Positions 44,636 to 56,340 of a stretch of DNA of 64,000 bases are shown piece after piece. How positions within the stretch are numbered: position 1 is the stretch's first letter; every line of letters starts with the position of its first letter. The notes under the pieces are model-generated. The model was not told where the DNA came from. It did no database searches and was given only the letters and a program-made list of their open reading frames with translations. The position numbers were made by a program, and so were the translations under genes. Source of the DNA: Escherichia coli (lineage in GTDB: Bacteria; Pseudomonadota; Gammaproteobacteria; Enterobacterales; Enterobacteriaceae); assembly GCF_013315695.1 (NCBI RefSeq), contig NZ_CP054353.1; one strand, written 5' to 3'.

Positions 44636-45397
44636 ATGGCACAGGTCGCGATAATTACCGCCTCCGATTCGGGGATCGGCAAAGAGTGCGCGTTATTACT
44701 GGCGCAGCAGGGGTTTGATATTGGCATTACCTGGCACTCAGATGAAGAAGGGGCAAAAGATACCGCGCGTGAGGTAGTTAGCCACGGCGTACGTGCGGAG
44801 ATCGTGCAACTGGATCTCGGCAATCTACCAGAAGGGGCACTGGCGCTGGAGAAACTTATTCATCGGCTGGGGCGTATTGATGTGCTGGTGAATAATGCGG
44901 GCGCAATGACCAAAGCGCCGTTTCTTGATATGGCTTTCGATGAGTGGCGCAAGATTTTTACCGTTGATGTCGATGGTGCATTTTTATGCTCGCAAATTGC
45001 TGCCCGCCAGATGGTGAAGCAAGGGCAGGGCGGTCGCATCATCAACATTACATCGGTACATGAACATACGCCGCTGCCGGATGCCAGCGCCTACACAGCC
45101 GCTAAACATGCGCTCGGCGGGTTAACCAAAGCAATGGCGTTGGAGTTGGTCAGGCATAAAATTTTGGTGAACGCAGTCGCACCTGGGGCGATCGCCACGC
45201 CAATGAACGGCATGGATGACGGCGATGTGAAGCCCGACGCGGAGCCTTCGATTCCCTTGCGACGTTTTGGCACAACGCATGAGATTGCCAGTCTGGTGGT
45301 ATGGCTTTGTTCGGAGGGCGCAAATTACACCACCGGGCGGTCGTTGATAGTGGATGGCGGCTTTATGTTGGCGAATCCGCAGTTCAACCCAGAATAG
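44636..45397 (+). CDS. yohF: Short-chain dehydrogenase/reductase YohF
   Basis: 253-aa product from internal ATG (MAQVAIITASDSGIGKECA...); SDR fold with TGxxxGIG and YxxxK. Confidence 0.9.
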   Translation: MAQVAIITASDSGIGKECALLLAQQGFDIGITWHSDEEGAKDTAREVVSHGVRAEIVQLDLGNLPEGALALEKLIHRLGRIDVLVNNAGAMTKAPFLDMAFDEWRKIFTVDVDGAFLCSQIAARQMVKQGQGGRIINITSVHEHTPLPDASAYTAAKHALGGLTKAMALELVRHKILVNAVAPGAIATPMNGMDDGDVKPDAEPSIPLRRFGTTHEIASLVVWLCSEGANYTTGRSLIVDGGFMLANPQFNPE

Positions 45398-45427
45398 CGC
45401 AGTGAGGTGCGTGGTTATTTCATTGGG

Positions 45428-45506
45428 TTAGGCCAGATAAGACACGCCAGCGTCGCATCAGGCATGGTGCACCGGATGTCGGATGCGGCGCGAACACCTT
45501 ATCCAG
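45428..45506. repeat. REP-like palindromic element
   Basis: gccagataagacacgcc...gcatcaggc...cggatgcggcgcgaacaccttatcc motifs between yohF and yohD. Confidence 0.45.
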
Positions 45507-45516
45507 GGCAATAGTT

Positions 45517-46095
45517 TTACGCCTGATGATCCGGCTTTTTCTTCCCGCGCCGTTTCAGCCACCAGCGCACGCCTACCACCAGAACCACGACCAGAATCAA
45601 CCAGACCCAGTGCTTCAAATGCTGGTCGAGATTGTGCAACCACGGCGCAATCACCTGCCCACCAGCGTAACCGATAGTGGTAAAAATCAGCGACCAGGCA
45701 AATGCGCCGAGAATATTCAGCGGCAGAAAGATTTTCGGCGGCAGCTGGCTGGCACCAATCAGCGTCGGGCCAATGACCCGAAAGCCATACATAAAACGCG
45801 TACCAATGACAAACAGATACGGATGGCGTTGGATAAGTTTCTGCGCCCGCTCAATTTTATCCTGATGTTTCGAGAAACGGCGTAACAGCTTGCCGCCAAA
45901 CCGCCGCCCGCACAGATAAAGCACCTGGTCGCCAATCATGCCGCCAAGCGCCACAGAAAGTACCACCAGCGGGAACTTTAATAGCCCCTGATGTGCCGCA
46001 ACGCCTCCCAGCAAAGTCACGGTTTCACCTTCCGCCAGGCTACCGATCACCAGCGCGGCATAACCATATTGTGAGATGAGTGTATTGAGATCCAT
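45517..46095 (-). CDS. yohD: DedA-family inner membrane protein YohD
   Basis: 192-aa product from internal ATG (MDLNTLISQYGYAALVIGSL...). Confidence 0.9.
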   Translation of the reverse strand: MDLNTLISQYGYAALVIGSLAEGETVTLLGGVAAHQGLLKFPLVVLSVALGGMIGDQVLYLCGRRFGGKLLRRFSKHQDKIERAQKLIQRHPYLFVIGTRFMYGFRVIGPTLIGASQLPPKIFLPLNILGAFAWSLIFTTIGYAGGQVIAPWLHNLDQHLKHWVWLILVVVLVVGVRWWLKRRGKKKPDHQA

Positions 46096-46264
46096 AGGAC
46101 AGTCTGTCTCCCTTTGCTTGCCTGTAAGCATACACCCTGTGAATCATTCACGCTGAAAAAGGACGTACATCAGACGGTGCAAATTACATGAGCGAACAAA
46201 AAATAATCACAAGCTGACTTATACTTGAACTGTCAGGTTCATGAACTCACAACAAGGGGGCGGT

Positions 46265-46852
46265 ATGAGCCATGTCTGGGGACTGTTTTCCCATCCCGAT
46301 CGTGAAATGCAGGTGATTAATCGCGAAAACGAAACGATTTCTCACCATTACACCCACCACGTTTTGCTGATGGCGGCGATTCCGGTGATTTGCGCCTTCA
46401 TTGGCACTACACAGATTGGCTGGAATTTTGGCGATGGCACTATCCTGAAGTTATCCTGGTTTACCGGACTGGCGCTGGCTGTCTTGTTTTACGGCGTTAT
46501 GCTGGCTGGGGTTGCGGTGATGGGGCGGGTCATCTGGTGGATGGCGCGTAATTATCCGCAGCGTCCGTCACTTGCGCACTGCATGGTCTTCGCGGGCTAC
46601 GTTGCAACTCCGCTGTTTTTAAGCGGTCTGGTGGCGCTTTACCCGCTGGTCTGGTTGTGTGCGCTGGTCGGCACGGTGGCGCTGTTTTACACCGGCTACC
46701 TGCTGTATCTCGGTATTCCGAGCTTCCTGAATATCAACAAAGAGGAAGGACTTAGCTTCTCCAGTTCGACACTGGCGATAGGCGTGCTGGTGCTGGAAGT
46801 GCTGCTCGCCCTTACCGTTATACTATGGGGCTACGGTTATCGTTTGTTCTAG
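46265..46852 (+). CDS. yohC: Yip1-family inner membrane protein YohC
   Basis: 195-aa product from internal ATG (MSHVWGLFSHPDREMQ...). Confidence 0.88.
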   Translation: MSHVWGLFSHPDREMQVINRENETISHHYTHHVLLMAAIPVICAFIGTTQIGWNFGDGTILKLSWFTGLALAVLFYGVMLAGVAVMGRVIWWMARNYPQRPSLAHCMVFAGYVATPLFLSGLVALYPLVWLCALVGTVALFYTGYLLYLGIPSFLNINKEEGLSFSSSTLAIGVLVLEVLLALTVILWGYGYRLF

Positions 46853-47025
46853 AAAGTTCTTTTGCGCTGCATTGCTGGCGTAAATGTCAGCAATGCAGCA
46901 TTTCCTCACGATTCTTCTTTGACGATCGCACTTTTTGCTCGTTATGATGGCGTCGCTAGCCTCAGTAAATCCTTACTCCGGCGGTGCGCAACCCGTGCGC
47001 GTGAACCACTATCTGAATGCTCATC

Positions 47026-47958
47026 ATGCCGAAATTTCGAGTTTCTTTATTTAGCCTGGCCCTGATGCTGGCTGTGCCTTTTGCACCGCAGGCCGTTGCG
47101 AAAACGGCAGCCGCTACCACCGCGTCACAACCGGAAATTGCCTCCGGTAGCGCGATGATTGTTGATCTGAATACCAACAAAGTGATCTATTCGAACCACC
47201 CGGATCTGGTGCGTCCGATTGCGTCTATCAGCAAATTAATGACCGCGATGGTTGTGCTGGATGCACGACTGCCGCTGGATGAAAAACTAAAAGTGGATAT
47301 CAGCCAGACGCCGGAGATGAAAGGGGTCTATTCGCGCGTACGACTGAACAGCGAAATCAGCCGTAAAGATATGCTGTTGCTGGCGCTGATGTCTTCAGAA
47401 AACCGCGCGGCGGCAAGCCTTGCGCACCATTATCCCGGTGGTTACAAAGCCTTTATTAAGGCGATGAACGCGAAAGCGAAATCGCTCGGAATGAACAACA
47501 CGCGCTTTGTTGAACCAACCGGATTGTCGGTGCATAACGTTTCAACCGCCCGTGACTTAACCAAACTGCTCATTGCCAGCAAACAATATCCGCTGATCGG
47601 GCAGTTAAGTACCACCCGGGAAGATATGGCAACCTTCTCTAACCCGACGTATACGCTGCCGTTCCGCAATACTAACCATCTGGTGTATCGCGATAACTGG
47701 AATATTCAGTTAACTAAAACCGGCTTTACCAATGCGGCGGGCCATTGTCTGGTGATGCGTACGGTTATCAATAATAAACCGGTGGCGCTGGTAGTGATGG
47801 ACGCGTTTGGCAAATATACCCATTTTGCCGATGCCAGCCGCCTGCGTACCTGGATTGAGACCGGTAAAGTGATGCCTGTTCCGGCAGCAGCGTTGAGCTA
47901 TAAAAAACAAAAAGCCGCCCAGATGGCGGCGGCGGGGCAGACGGCACAGAACGATTAA
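47026..47958 (+). CDS. pbpG: D-alanyl-D-alanine endopeptidase PBP7
   Basis: 310-aa product from internal ATG ([17 protein letters not shown]...) with signal peptide and SxxK motif (SISK). Confidence 0.92.
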
Positions 47959-47996
47959 ATGAATGACGGATGGCGATACTCTGCCATCCGTAATTT

Positions 47997-49712
47997 TTAC
48001 TCCACTTCCTGCCAGTTTTTCCGCTTACTGGTTTTACCGATCCCCGGATTCATACTGTTGGTCGGATCGTTCTCGCGATAGAACTTCTGCAACGTCTCCG
48101 GTGCTTTATACAAATGACCGACGTTATGCTCGGCAGGGTATTGCGCGCCGCGCTGCTGCAGCAGTTCCAGCATCTGTTCTTTCAACGCATGCACATCCAC
48201 GCCTTTTTTCACGATGTAATCCTGATGGAAGACATAGCACATAAAATGGCCGTAATAGAGCTTGTGCACCAGCTGGCTGTCGATCTCCGGCGGTAAATGC
48301 TCATACCATTCGGTGTCGTTACGCCGCAGAGCGATATCCAGCGCCAGAATGTCTTCGACTTCATCGGAATGCACAGCCTGATAACGAATTGCTGCGCCCG
48401 CAGCGGCGAAACGGTGTAAAAACGCTTTGCTGCCTTCCTCCGGCGTACAGACAAAGAAATCGCCCTCGGCCTGTTTGAAATAATCCACCAGCCACGATTT
48501 GGCTTCACCGACGCCATCGCCCGCCATTTTTAACAGCAGATGATGCTCGTATTTATCGCGCCAGTTTTTCATGCGTGGCGGTAAATGGCTGGGGAACAGG
48601 TGACCGAATTTTTGCATTGCACGGTCGGTAAAATGCGGACGGAAGAATTTCACTTTCTCCAGCATCGCATCGGTGCGTCCCTTGAGATTAAAGAAGAACG
48701 GCATCTTGTCGGTGCCTAACTTATCAATCATCAGGAAGGTGTCTTTGCCGTATTTTTCCGCAATATCGTAGATATCCCGGTGCATATATTCCCCGGCAAC
48801 CGGCAAATTTTCGAAATTAGCCAGAATATGACGGCGGATTTCGGTCAGCACTTCCGGCTGGTTGGTGCCGATATAAAACACCTGCTGATTTTTTTCCGCT
48901 TCGAAGGTATCAAGACGTACCGCAAAGACGGCCAGCTTACCTGCGCAACCAGAAGATTCAAATAACCGATCCGGATCAGCGTTATAACGTGCGGGCGTGT
49001 CGGCTTCAATATCACGAACGCGGTGGACATAGTCATAATCGTGGGCGTGACGACCATCGTGGCGCACATCGTCATCTTTGATGCGATCGTCATCCAGCTT
49101 GCTAAGGATCTGCTCCGGCGTTTCGCCCAGATCAATCCCCAGATGGTTAACCAGCGTCAGCTTGCCATCTTCATTTATACGCGCGAATAACGACATTTCG
49201 GTATACGCCGGGCCACGTTGCACCAGCGAACCACCAGAGTTATTACAGATACCGCCGATGACCGATGCGCCTATACACGATGATCCAATCACCGAGTGCG
49301 GTTCGCGTCCCAGCGGTTTGAGGGCTTTTTCCAGTGAATAGAGCGTGGTGCCCGGATAGGCCAGCACCTGTTCGCCCTTGCCGAGAACGTGTAGCTTGTC
49401 GAGACGCAGGGTGCTGATGATCACGATATCGCGATCATAGTCGTTACCGTTTGGCGTAGATCCTTCGGTCAGACCTGTATTGGCGGCCTGCATGAGAATA
49501 ATTTTGTCGGCGGTGACGCAGGCTTTCAGCACCCGCCACAATTCCAGTAGTGAGCCAGGGAAAACGACAGCCAGCGCGTCGCCCTGACCAGAACGGAAGC
49601 CCTTGCGATAGCGGGCCGTTTTTGCGGGATCGGTGAGCAGGTGTGAATGACCGACCAGACGGGCAAGTTCATTCAAAAAGGCTTTATTATCAGTTGTTGT
49701 CATGGAAGACAT
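47997..49712 (-). CDS. dld: FAD-dependent D-lactate dehydrogenase (quinone) Dld
   Basis: 571-aa product from internal ATG (MSSMTTTDNKAFLNELARL...). Confidence 0.93.
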   Translation of the reverse strand: MSSMTTTDNKAFLNELARLVGHSHLLTDPAKTARYRKGFRSGQGDALAVVFPGSLLELWRVLKACVTADKIILMQAANTGLTEGSTPNGNDYDRDIVIISTLRLDKLHVLGKGEQVLAYPGTTLYSLEKALKPLGREPHSVIGSSCIGASVIGGICNNSGGSLVQRGPAYTEMSLFARINEDGKLTLVNHLGIDLGETPEQILSKLDDDRIKDDDVRHDGRHAHDYDYVHRVRDIEADTPARYNADPDRLFESSGCAGKLAVFAVRLDTFEAEKNQQVFYIGTNQPEVLTEIRRHILANFENLPVAGEYMHRDIYDIAEKYGKDTFLMIDKLGTDKMPFFFNLKGRTDAMLEKVKFFRPHFTDRAMQKFGHLFPSHLPPRMKNWRDKYEHHLLLKMAGDGVGEAKSWLVDYFKQAEGDFFVCTPEEGSKAFLHRFAAAGAAIRYQAVHSDEVEDILALDIALRRNDTEWYEHLPPEIDSQLVHKLYYGHFMCYVFHQDYIVKKGVDVHALKEQMLELLQQRGAQYPAEHNVGHLYKAPETLQKFYRENDPTNSMNPGIGKTSKRKNWQEVE

Positions 49713-49907
49713 TTTCCACTCCTTGTGGTGGCGAAAAAATATCACAAACTAGAATAGCGCCTTGTATGACAATTCAGCGAGTGAATATTTTGAAAATTCA
49801 GACAATAAACTGAGCATTCTTTTTCTCTCTCTATCATGCTTATGGCAAACTACGGTTTTTGCACCATTTTCGCTGCCTCGTCGGGCAACAGAGGAAGAAA
49901 AATCCAT

Positions 49908-52205
49908 ATGAAATGGCTATGTTCAGTAGGAATCGCGGTGAGTCTGGCCCTGCAGCCAGCACTGGCGGATGATTTATTCGGCAACCATCCATTAACGCCC
50001 GAAGCGCGGGATGCGTTCGTCACCGAACTGCTTAAGAAAATGACAGTTGATGAGAAAATTGGTCAGCTGCGTTTAATCAGCGTCGGCCCGGATAATCCGA
50101 AAGAGGCGATCCGCGAGATGATCAAAGACGGGCAGGTTGGGGCGATTTTCAACACCGTAACCCGTCAGGATATCCGCGCCATGCAGGATCAGGTGATGGA
50201 ATTAAGCCGCCTGAAAATTCCTCTTTTCTTTGCTTACGACGTGCTGCACGGTCAGCGCACGGTGTTCCCGATTAGCCTCGGTCTGGCCTCGTCTTTTAAC
50301 CTCGATGCGGTGAAAACAGTCGGGCGTGTCTCTGCTTATGAAGCGGCAGATGATGGCCTGAATATGACCTGGGCACCGATGGTCGATGTTTCGCGCGATC
50401 CGCGCTGGGGACGTGCTTCCGAAGGTTTTGGCGAAGATACGTATCTCACCTCAATAATGGGTAAAACCATGGTGCAAGCGATGCAGGGTAAAAGTCCGGC
50501 AGATCGCTACTCGGTGATGACCAGCGTCAAACACTTTGCCGCTTACGGCGCGGTAGAAGGCGGTAAAGAGTACAACACCGTCGATATGAGTCCGCAGCGC
50601 CTGTTTAATGATTATATGCCGCCGTACAAAGCGGGGCTGGACGCAGGCAGCGGCGCGGTGATGGTGGCGCTGAACTCGCTGAACGGCACGCCAGCCACCT
50701 CCGACTCCTGGCTGCTGAAAGATGTTCTGCGCGACCAGTGGGGCTTTAAAGGCATCACCGTTTCCGATCACGGCGCAATCAAAGAGCTGATTAAACATGG
50801 CACAGCGGCAGACCCGGAAGATGCGGTGCGCGTGGCGCTGAAATCCGGCATCAACATGAGTATGAGCGACGAGTATTACTCGAAGTATCTGCCTGGGTTG
50901 ATCAAATCCGGCAAAGTGACGATGGAAGAGCTGGATGACGCTGCCCGTCATGTACTGAACGTTAAATATGATATGGGGTTGTTTAACGACCCGTACAGCC
51001 ATCTCGGTCCGAAAGAGTCTGACCCGGTGGATACCAATGCCGAAAGCCGCCTGCACCGCAAAGAAGCGCGTGAAGTGGCACGCGAAAGCCTGGTGTTGCT
51101 GAAAAACCGTCTCGAAACGTTACCGCTGAAAAAATCAGCCACCATTGCGGTGGTTGGGCCATTGGCGGACAGCAAACGTGACGTGATGGGCAGCTGGTCC
51201 GCAGCCGGTGTTGCCGATCAATCTGTTACTGTGCTAACAGGGATTAAAAACGCCGTCGGTGAAAACGGTAAAGTGCTGTACGCCAAAGGGGCGAACGTCA
51301 CCAGTGACAAAGGCATTATCGATTTCCTGAATCAGTATGAAGAGGCGGTCAAAGTCGACCCGCGCTCGCCGCAAGAGATGATTGATGAAGCGGTGCAAAC
51401 CGCGAAGCAATCTGATGTGGTGGTGGCTGTGGTCGGTGAAGCTCAGGGGATGGCGCACGAGGCCTCCAGCCGTACCGATATCACTATTCCGCAAAGCCAA
51501 CGTGACTTGATTGCGGCGCTGAAAGCCACCGGTAAACCACTGGTGCTGGTGCTGATGAACGGACGTCCGCTGGCGCTGGTGAAAGAAGATCAGCAGGCTG
51601 ATGCGATTCTGGAAACCTGGTTTGCGGGGACTGAAGGCGGTAATGCAATTGCCGATGTATTGTTTGGCGATTATAACCCGTCCGGCAAGCTGCCGATGTC
51701 CTTCCCGCGTTCTGTCGGGCAGATCCCGGTGTACTACAGCCATCTGAATACCGGTCGCCCGTATAATGCCGACAAGCCGAACAAATACACTTCGCGTTAT
51801 TTTGATGAAGCTAACGGGGCGCTTTATCCGTTCGGCTATGGTCTGAGCTATACCACTTTCACCGTCTCTGATGTGAAACTTTCTGCGCCGACCATGAAGC
51901 GTGACGGCAAAGTGACCGCCAGCGTGCAGGTGACGAACACCGGTAAGCGCGAAGGGGTGACGGTAGTTCAGATGTACCTGCAGGATGTGACGGCTTCCAT
52001 GAGTCGCCCGGTAAAACAGCTGAAAGGCTTTGAGAAAATCACCCTGAAACCGGGCGAAACCCAGACTGTCAGCTTCCCGATTGATATCGAGGCGCTGAAG
52101 TTCTGGAATCAACAGATGAAATATGACGCCGAGCCTGGCAAGTTCAATGTCTTTATCGGCACTGATTCCGCACGCGTTAAGAAAGGCGAGTTTGAGTTGC
52201 TGTAA
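49908..52205 (+). CDS. bglX: Periplasmic beta-glucosidase BglX (GH3)
   Basis: 765-aa product from ATG at 49908 (MKWLCSVGIAVSLALQPALA...) with signal peptide; GH3 family. Confidence 0.93.
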   Translation: MKWLCSVGIAVSLALQPALADDLFGNHPLTPEARDAFVTELLKKMTVDEKIGQLRLISVGPDNPKEAIREMIKDGQVGAIFNTVTRQDIRAMQDQVMELSRLKIPLFFAYDVLHGQRTVFPISLGLASSFNLDAVKTVGRVSAYEAADDGLNMTWAPMVDVSRDPRWGRASEGFGEDTYLTSIMGKTMVQAMQGKSPADRYSVMTSVKHFAAYGAVEGGKEYNTVDMSPQRLFNDYMPPYKAGLDAGSGAVMVALNSLNGTPATSDSWLLKDVLRDQWGFKGITVSDHGAIKELIKHGTAADPEDAVRVALKSGINMSMSDEYYSKYLPGLIKSGKVTMEELDDAARHVLNVKYDMGLFNDPYSHLGPKESDPVDTNAESRLHRKEAREVARESLVLLKNRLETLPLKKSATIAVVGPLADSKRDVMGSWSAAGVADQSVTVLTGIKNAVGENGKVLYAKGANVTSDKGIIDFLNQYEEAVKVDPRSPQEMIDEAVQTAKQSDVVVAVVGEAQGMAHEASSRTDITIPQSQRDLIAALKATGKPLVLVLMNGRPLALVKEDQQADAILETWFAGTEGGNAIADVLFGDYNPSGKLPMSFPRSVGQIPVYYSHLNTGRPYNADKPNKYTSRYFDEANGALYPFGYGLSYTTFTVSDVKLSAPTMKRDGKVTASVQVTNTGKREGVTVVQMYLQDVTASMSRPVKQLKGFEKITLKPGETQTVSFPIDIEALKFWNQQMKYDAEPGKFNVFIGTDSARVKKGEFELL

Positions 52206-52214
52206 TGCTTTAGC

Positions 52215-52240
52215 AAGGGCGCGACGTTTGCGCCCTTTGC
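52215..52240 (+). terminator. Candidate terminator hairpin downstream of bglX
   Basis: aagggcgcg-acgtt-tgcgcccttt hairpin; weak T-tract. Confidence 0.4.
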
Positions 52241-52279
52241 CTGATGTTCATATCTTAACTTGCTGAATTTTCGCCCTTT

Positions 52280-52314
52280 GTAGGCCGGATAAGGCGCTCG
52301 CGCCGCATCCGGCA
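52280..52314. repeat. REP element
   Basis: gtaggccggataaggcgctcgcgccgcatccggcag. Confidence 0.55.
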
Positions 52315-52456
52315 GGAAACGCCGGACCGAATATGCCTCTTAAGTATTTATCTGATTCTGTAACTGAATCCGTCCGCTCAGGCTAACCCTGTCATTATCA
52401 ACTATGCTTTTCTCTTAATTCGCTGAAAACAACAGTAAAAGAATGAGGAAAGCATC

Positions 52457-53374
52457 ATGCCACTCTCAAAGGTCTGGGCAGGTTCACTGGTTTTGTTGGC
52501 AGCCGTGAGCCTGCCGCTGCACGCGGCTTCCCCAGTTAAAGTCGGTTCAAAAATCGATACCGAAGGCGCGCTGCTCGGCAATATCATTTTGCAGGTGCTG
52601 GAAAGCCACGGCGTACCAACGGTCAATAAAGTGCAACTTGGAACGACTCCTGTGGTGCGCGGGGCGATTACTTCCGGTGAACTGGATATCTATCCGGAAT
52701 ATACCGGCAATGGCGCGTTTTTCTTTAAAGATGAAAACGATGCGGCATGGAAAAATGCCGGGCAGGGCTACGAGAAAGTCAAAAAGCTCGATGCAGAGCA
52801 AAACAAGTTAATCTGGCTGACGCCCGCACCTGCGAATAACACCTGGACCATCGCCGTGCGTCAGGATGTGGCAGAGAAAAATAAACTCACTTCGCTTGCT
52901 GACCTGAGTCGTTACCTGAAAGAGGGCGGCACCTTCAAACTGGCTGCCTCAGCAGAGTTTATCGAACGCGCCGATGCGTTACCCGCGTTTGAAAAAGCCT
53001 ATGGCTTTAAGCTCGGTCAGGATCAGTTGCTGTCACTGGCTGGTGGCGATACGGCAGTGACGATCAAAGCCGCTGCTCAGCAAACCTCTGGCGTTAATGC
53101 CGCAATGGCTTACGGTACCGACGGTCCGGTCGCGGCGCTGGGGCTGCAAACCTTAAGCGATCCGCAAGGCGTGCAACCTATCTACGCACCTGCACCAGTG
53201 GTGCGTGAATCGGTGTTGAAGGAGTATCCGCAAATGGCACAGTGGCTACAGCCAGTCTTCGCCAGCCTCGATGCAAAAACATTGCAGCAACTGAATGCCA
53301 GCATTGCTGTGGAAGGACTGGATGCCAAAAAAGTGGCTGCCGACTACCTGAAACAAAAAGGGTGGACGAAGTAA
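52457..53374 (+). CDS. osmF: Glycine betaine/osmoprotectant ABC transporter substrate-binding protein OsmF (YehZ)
   Basis: 305-aa ORF with signal peptide; first gene of the yehZYXW operon. Confidence 0.9.
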   Translation: MPLSKVWAGSLVLLAAVSLPLHAASPVKVGSKIDTEGALLGNIILQVLESHGVPTVNKVQLGTTPVVRGAITSGELDIYPEYTGNGAFFFKDENDAAWKNAGQGYEKVKKLDAEQNKLIWLTPAPANNTWTIAVRQDVAEKNKLTSLADLSRYLKEGGTFKLAASAEFIERADALPAFEKAYGFKLGQDQLLSLAGGDTAVTIKAAAQQTSGVNAAMAYGTDGPVAALGLQTLSDPQGVQPIYAPAPVVRESVLKEYPQMAQWLQPVFASLDAKTLQQLNASIAVEGLDAKKVAADYLKQKGWTK

Positions 53375-53380
53375 TTTCCC

Positions 53381-54538
53381 GTGACTTATCTACGTATTAA
53401 TCCTGTTCTGGCGCTGTTGCTGTTGCTGACGGCAATCGCAGCGGCGCTGCCGTTTATCAGTTACGCGCCTAATCGTTTAGTTTCGGGTGAGGGGCGTCAT
53501 CTCTGGCAGCTGTGGCCGCAAACGATCTGGATGCTGGTGGGCGTTGGTTGCGCCTGGATGACAGCCTGTTTTATTCCCGCTAAAAAAGGCAGCATTTTTG
53601 CACTCATTCTGGCGCAATTCGTCTTCGTATTGCTGGTGTGGGGAGCAGGAAAGGCGGCGACACAACTGGCACAAAATGGCAGTGCGCTGGCGCGTACCAG
53701 CCTCGGCAGTGGTTTCTGGCTGGCTGCGGCGCTGGCATTGCTGGCCTGTAGCGATGCCATCCGCCGAATCTCCACGCATCCGCTGTGGCGCTGGTTGTTG
53801 CATATGCAGATTGCCATTATTCCGCTGTGGTTGCTGTACTCCGGCACGCTTAACGATCTCTCGCTAATGAAAGAATACGCCAACCGTCAGGATGTGTTTG
53901 ACGACGCGCTGGCACAACATCTGACGTTGCTGTTTGGTGCGGTGCTGCCTGCGTTAGTGATTGGTGTGCCGTTGGGCGTCTGGTGCTACTTTTCCACTGC
54001 GCGGCAGGGGGCGATTTTTTCGCTACTCAATGTCATTCAGACCGTGCCTTCGGTGGCGCTCTTTGGCCTGTTGATTGCGCCGCTTGCCGCGCTGGTTACG
54101 GCCTTTCCGTGGCTGGGTAAGCTCGGCATAGCAGGAACCGGAATGACACCCGCACTGATTGCGCTGGTGCTCTATGCCTTGCTGCCGCTGGTGCGCGGCG
54201 TGGTAGTCGGCTTGAACCAGATCCCGCGCGATGTGCTGGAGAGCGCCAGAGCGATGGGCATGAGCGGGGCGCAGCGATTCCTGCATGTTCAGTTACCGCT
54301 GGCGTTACCGGTATTTCTGCGTAGCCTGCGGGTGGTGATGGTGCAAACCGTCGGCATGGCGGTGATTGCGGCGTTAATCGGCGCAGGCGGTTTTGGTGCG
54401 CTGGTTTTCCAGGGGCTGCTAAGCAGTGCCATTGATTTAGTGTTGCTGGGGGTGATCCCGGTAATTGTTCTGGCGGTGCTGATCGATGCGCTGTTCGATT
54501 TGCTTATCGCACTGCTGAAGGTGAAACGTAATGATTGA
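53381..54538 (+). CDS. yehY: ABC transporter permease YehY
   Basis: 385-aa multi-TMS ORF; synteny. Confidence 0.9.
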   Translation: MTYLRINPVLALLLLLTAIAAALPFISYAPNRLVSGEGRHLWQLWPQTIWMLVGVGCAWMTACFIPAKKGSIFALILAQFVFVLLVWGAGKAATQLAQNGSALARTSLGSGFWLAAALALLACSDAIRRISTHPLWRWLLHMQIAIIPLWLLYSGTLNDLSLMKEYANRQDVFDDALAQHLTLLFGAVLPALVIGVPLGVWCYFSTARQGAIFSLLNVIQTVPSVALFGLLIAPLAALVTAFPWLGKLGIAGTGMTPALIALVLYALLPLVRGVVVGLNQIPRDVLESARAMGMSGAQRFLHVQLPLALPVFLRSLRVVMVQTVGMAVIAALIGAGGFGALVFQGLLSSAIDLVLLGVIPVIVLAVLIDALFDLLIALLKVKRND

Positions 54539-55457
54539 ATTTAGCCATGTCAGCAAACTGTTCGGCGCACAAAAAGCCGTTAACGATCTCAATCTCAATT
54601 TTCAGGAAGGGAGTTTTTCGGTGCTGATTGGCACTTCTGGCTCCGGCAAATCCACCACCCTGAAAATGATTAACCGCCTGGTGGAGCATGACAGCGGCGT
54701 GATCCGCTTTGCCGGAGAAGAAATTCGCTCGCTGCGAGTACTGGAGTTGCGCCGCCGGATGGGCTATGCCATTCAATCTATTGGCCTGTTTCCCCACTGG
54801 AGCGTGGCGCAAAATATTGCCACCGTGCCGCAATTACAAAAATGGTCACGGGCGCGGATCGACGATCGTATCGACGAATTAATGGCGCTACTGGGGCTGG
54901 AGCCAAATTTGCGTGAGCGTTATCCGCATCAGCTTTCCGGTGGTCAGCAGCAACGTGTGGGAGTGGCGCGCGCACTGGCTGCCGATCCGCAAGTCTTACT
55001 GATGGATGAACCTTTTGGCGCGCTGGACCCGGTAACGCGCGGCGCGTTGCAACAAGAGATGACGCGCATACACCGTTTGCTGGGGCGTACCATTGTGCTG
55101 GTCACTCATGATATTGATGAGGCGCTACGGCTGGCAGAACATCTGGTATTGATGGATCACGGTGAAGTGGTGCAGCAGGGCAATCCGCTGACGATGCTGA
55201 CTCGTCCGGCGAATGATTTTGTTCGCCAGTTTTTTGGACGTAGTGAACTGGGTGTGCGCCTGCTTTCGTTACGTAGTGTGGCGGATTACGTGCGTCGCGA
55301 AGAACGTGCAGAAGGTGAGGCACTGGCAGAAGAGATGACGCTACGCGATGCGCTCTCCCTGTTTGTCGCGCGGGGATGCGAGGTGCTGCCGGTGATGAAC
55401 ACGCAGGGCCAGCCTTGCGGCACGCTGCATTTTCAGGATCTGCTGGTGGAGGCGTAA
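54531..55457 (+). CDS. yehX: ABC transporter ATPase YehX (with C-terminal CBS-like region)
   Basis: 308-aa ORF with Walker [10 protein letters not shown] and LSGGQQQRV signature. Confidence 0.9.
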   Translation: MIEFSHVSKLFGAQKAVNDLNLNFQEGSFSVLIGTSGSGKSTTLKMINRLVEHDSGVIRFAGEEIRSLRVLELRRRMGYAIQSIGLFPHWSVAQNIATVPQLQKWSRARIDDRIDELMALLGLEPNLRERYPHQLSGGQQQRVGVARALAADPQVLLMDEPFGALDPVTRGALQQEMTRIHRLLGRTIVLVTHDIDEALRLAEHLVLMDHGEVVQQGNPLTMLTRPANDFVRQFFGRSELGVRLLSLRSVADYVRREERAEGEALAEEMTLRDALSLFVARGCEVLPVMNTQGQPCGTLHFQDLLVEA

Positions 55458-55461
55458 ACGT

Positions 55462-56193
55462 ATGAAGATGTTGCGCGATCCGCTGTTCTGGCTCATTGCT
55501 CTGTTTGTGGCACTGATTTTCTGGCTGCCTTACAGCCAGCCGCTGTTTGCTGCCTTGTTCCCACAACTGCCACGCCCCGTTTATCAGCAAGAGAGTTTTG
55601 CAGCTCTGGCACTGGCTCATTTCTGGCTGGTGGGAATTTCGAGTTTGTTTGCGGTGATCATTGGTACTGGTGCCGGAATTGCTGTCACTCGCCCTTGGGG
55701 CGCGGAATTTCGTCCACTGGTGGAAACTATTGCCGCCGTTGGACAGACTTTTCCGCCCGTTGCAGTGCTGGCGATTGCCGTTCCGGTGATCGGCTTTGGC
55801 CTGCAACCGGCGATTATCGCCTTGATCCTTTACGGTGTGCTACCCGTCCTGCAGGCGACACTTGCCGGGCTGGGATCGATTGATGCCAGCGTGACCGAAG
55901 TTGCCAAAGGCATGGGAATGAGTCGTGGTCAGCGACTGCGTAAGGTCGAGCTACCGCTGGCGGCTCCGGTGATTCTGGCGGGCGTGCGAACTTCGGTGAT
56001 TATCAACATTGGTACGGCGACGATCGCCTCAACGGTAGGGGCCAGCACGCTGGGTACGCCCATCATCATCGGGCTTAGCGGATTTAATACCGCGTATGTG
56101 ATCCAGGGGGCGTTACTGGTGGCACTGGCGGCGATCATCGCAGACCGCCTGTTTGAAAGGCTGGTGCAGGCGTTCAGCCAGCACGCAAAATAA
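55462..56193 (+). CDS. yehW: ABC transporter permease YehW
   Basis: 243-aa multi-TMS ORF; synteny. Confidence 0.9.
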
Positions 56194-56281
56194 AGGTATA
56201 ACCTGCGAGCATGACGCCACCAATTCCGCCTAACGCCATAAACAGGAACAGGGCGATGACTCCAATTTTAGCTATGCGCAT
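56174..56281 (-). CDS. yohO: Small membrane protein YohO (35 aa)
   Basis: Manual translation [35 protein letters not shown]; below ORF-track cutoff; overlaps the yehW 3' end on the opposite strand. Confidence 0.7.
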
Positions 56282-56340
56282 AATGCACTCCTTATGTTAA
56301 CGAAAGGATTGTACAGTAAAGCGCATTTGTTAACGAATCA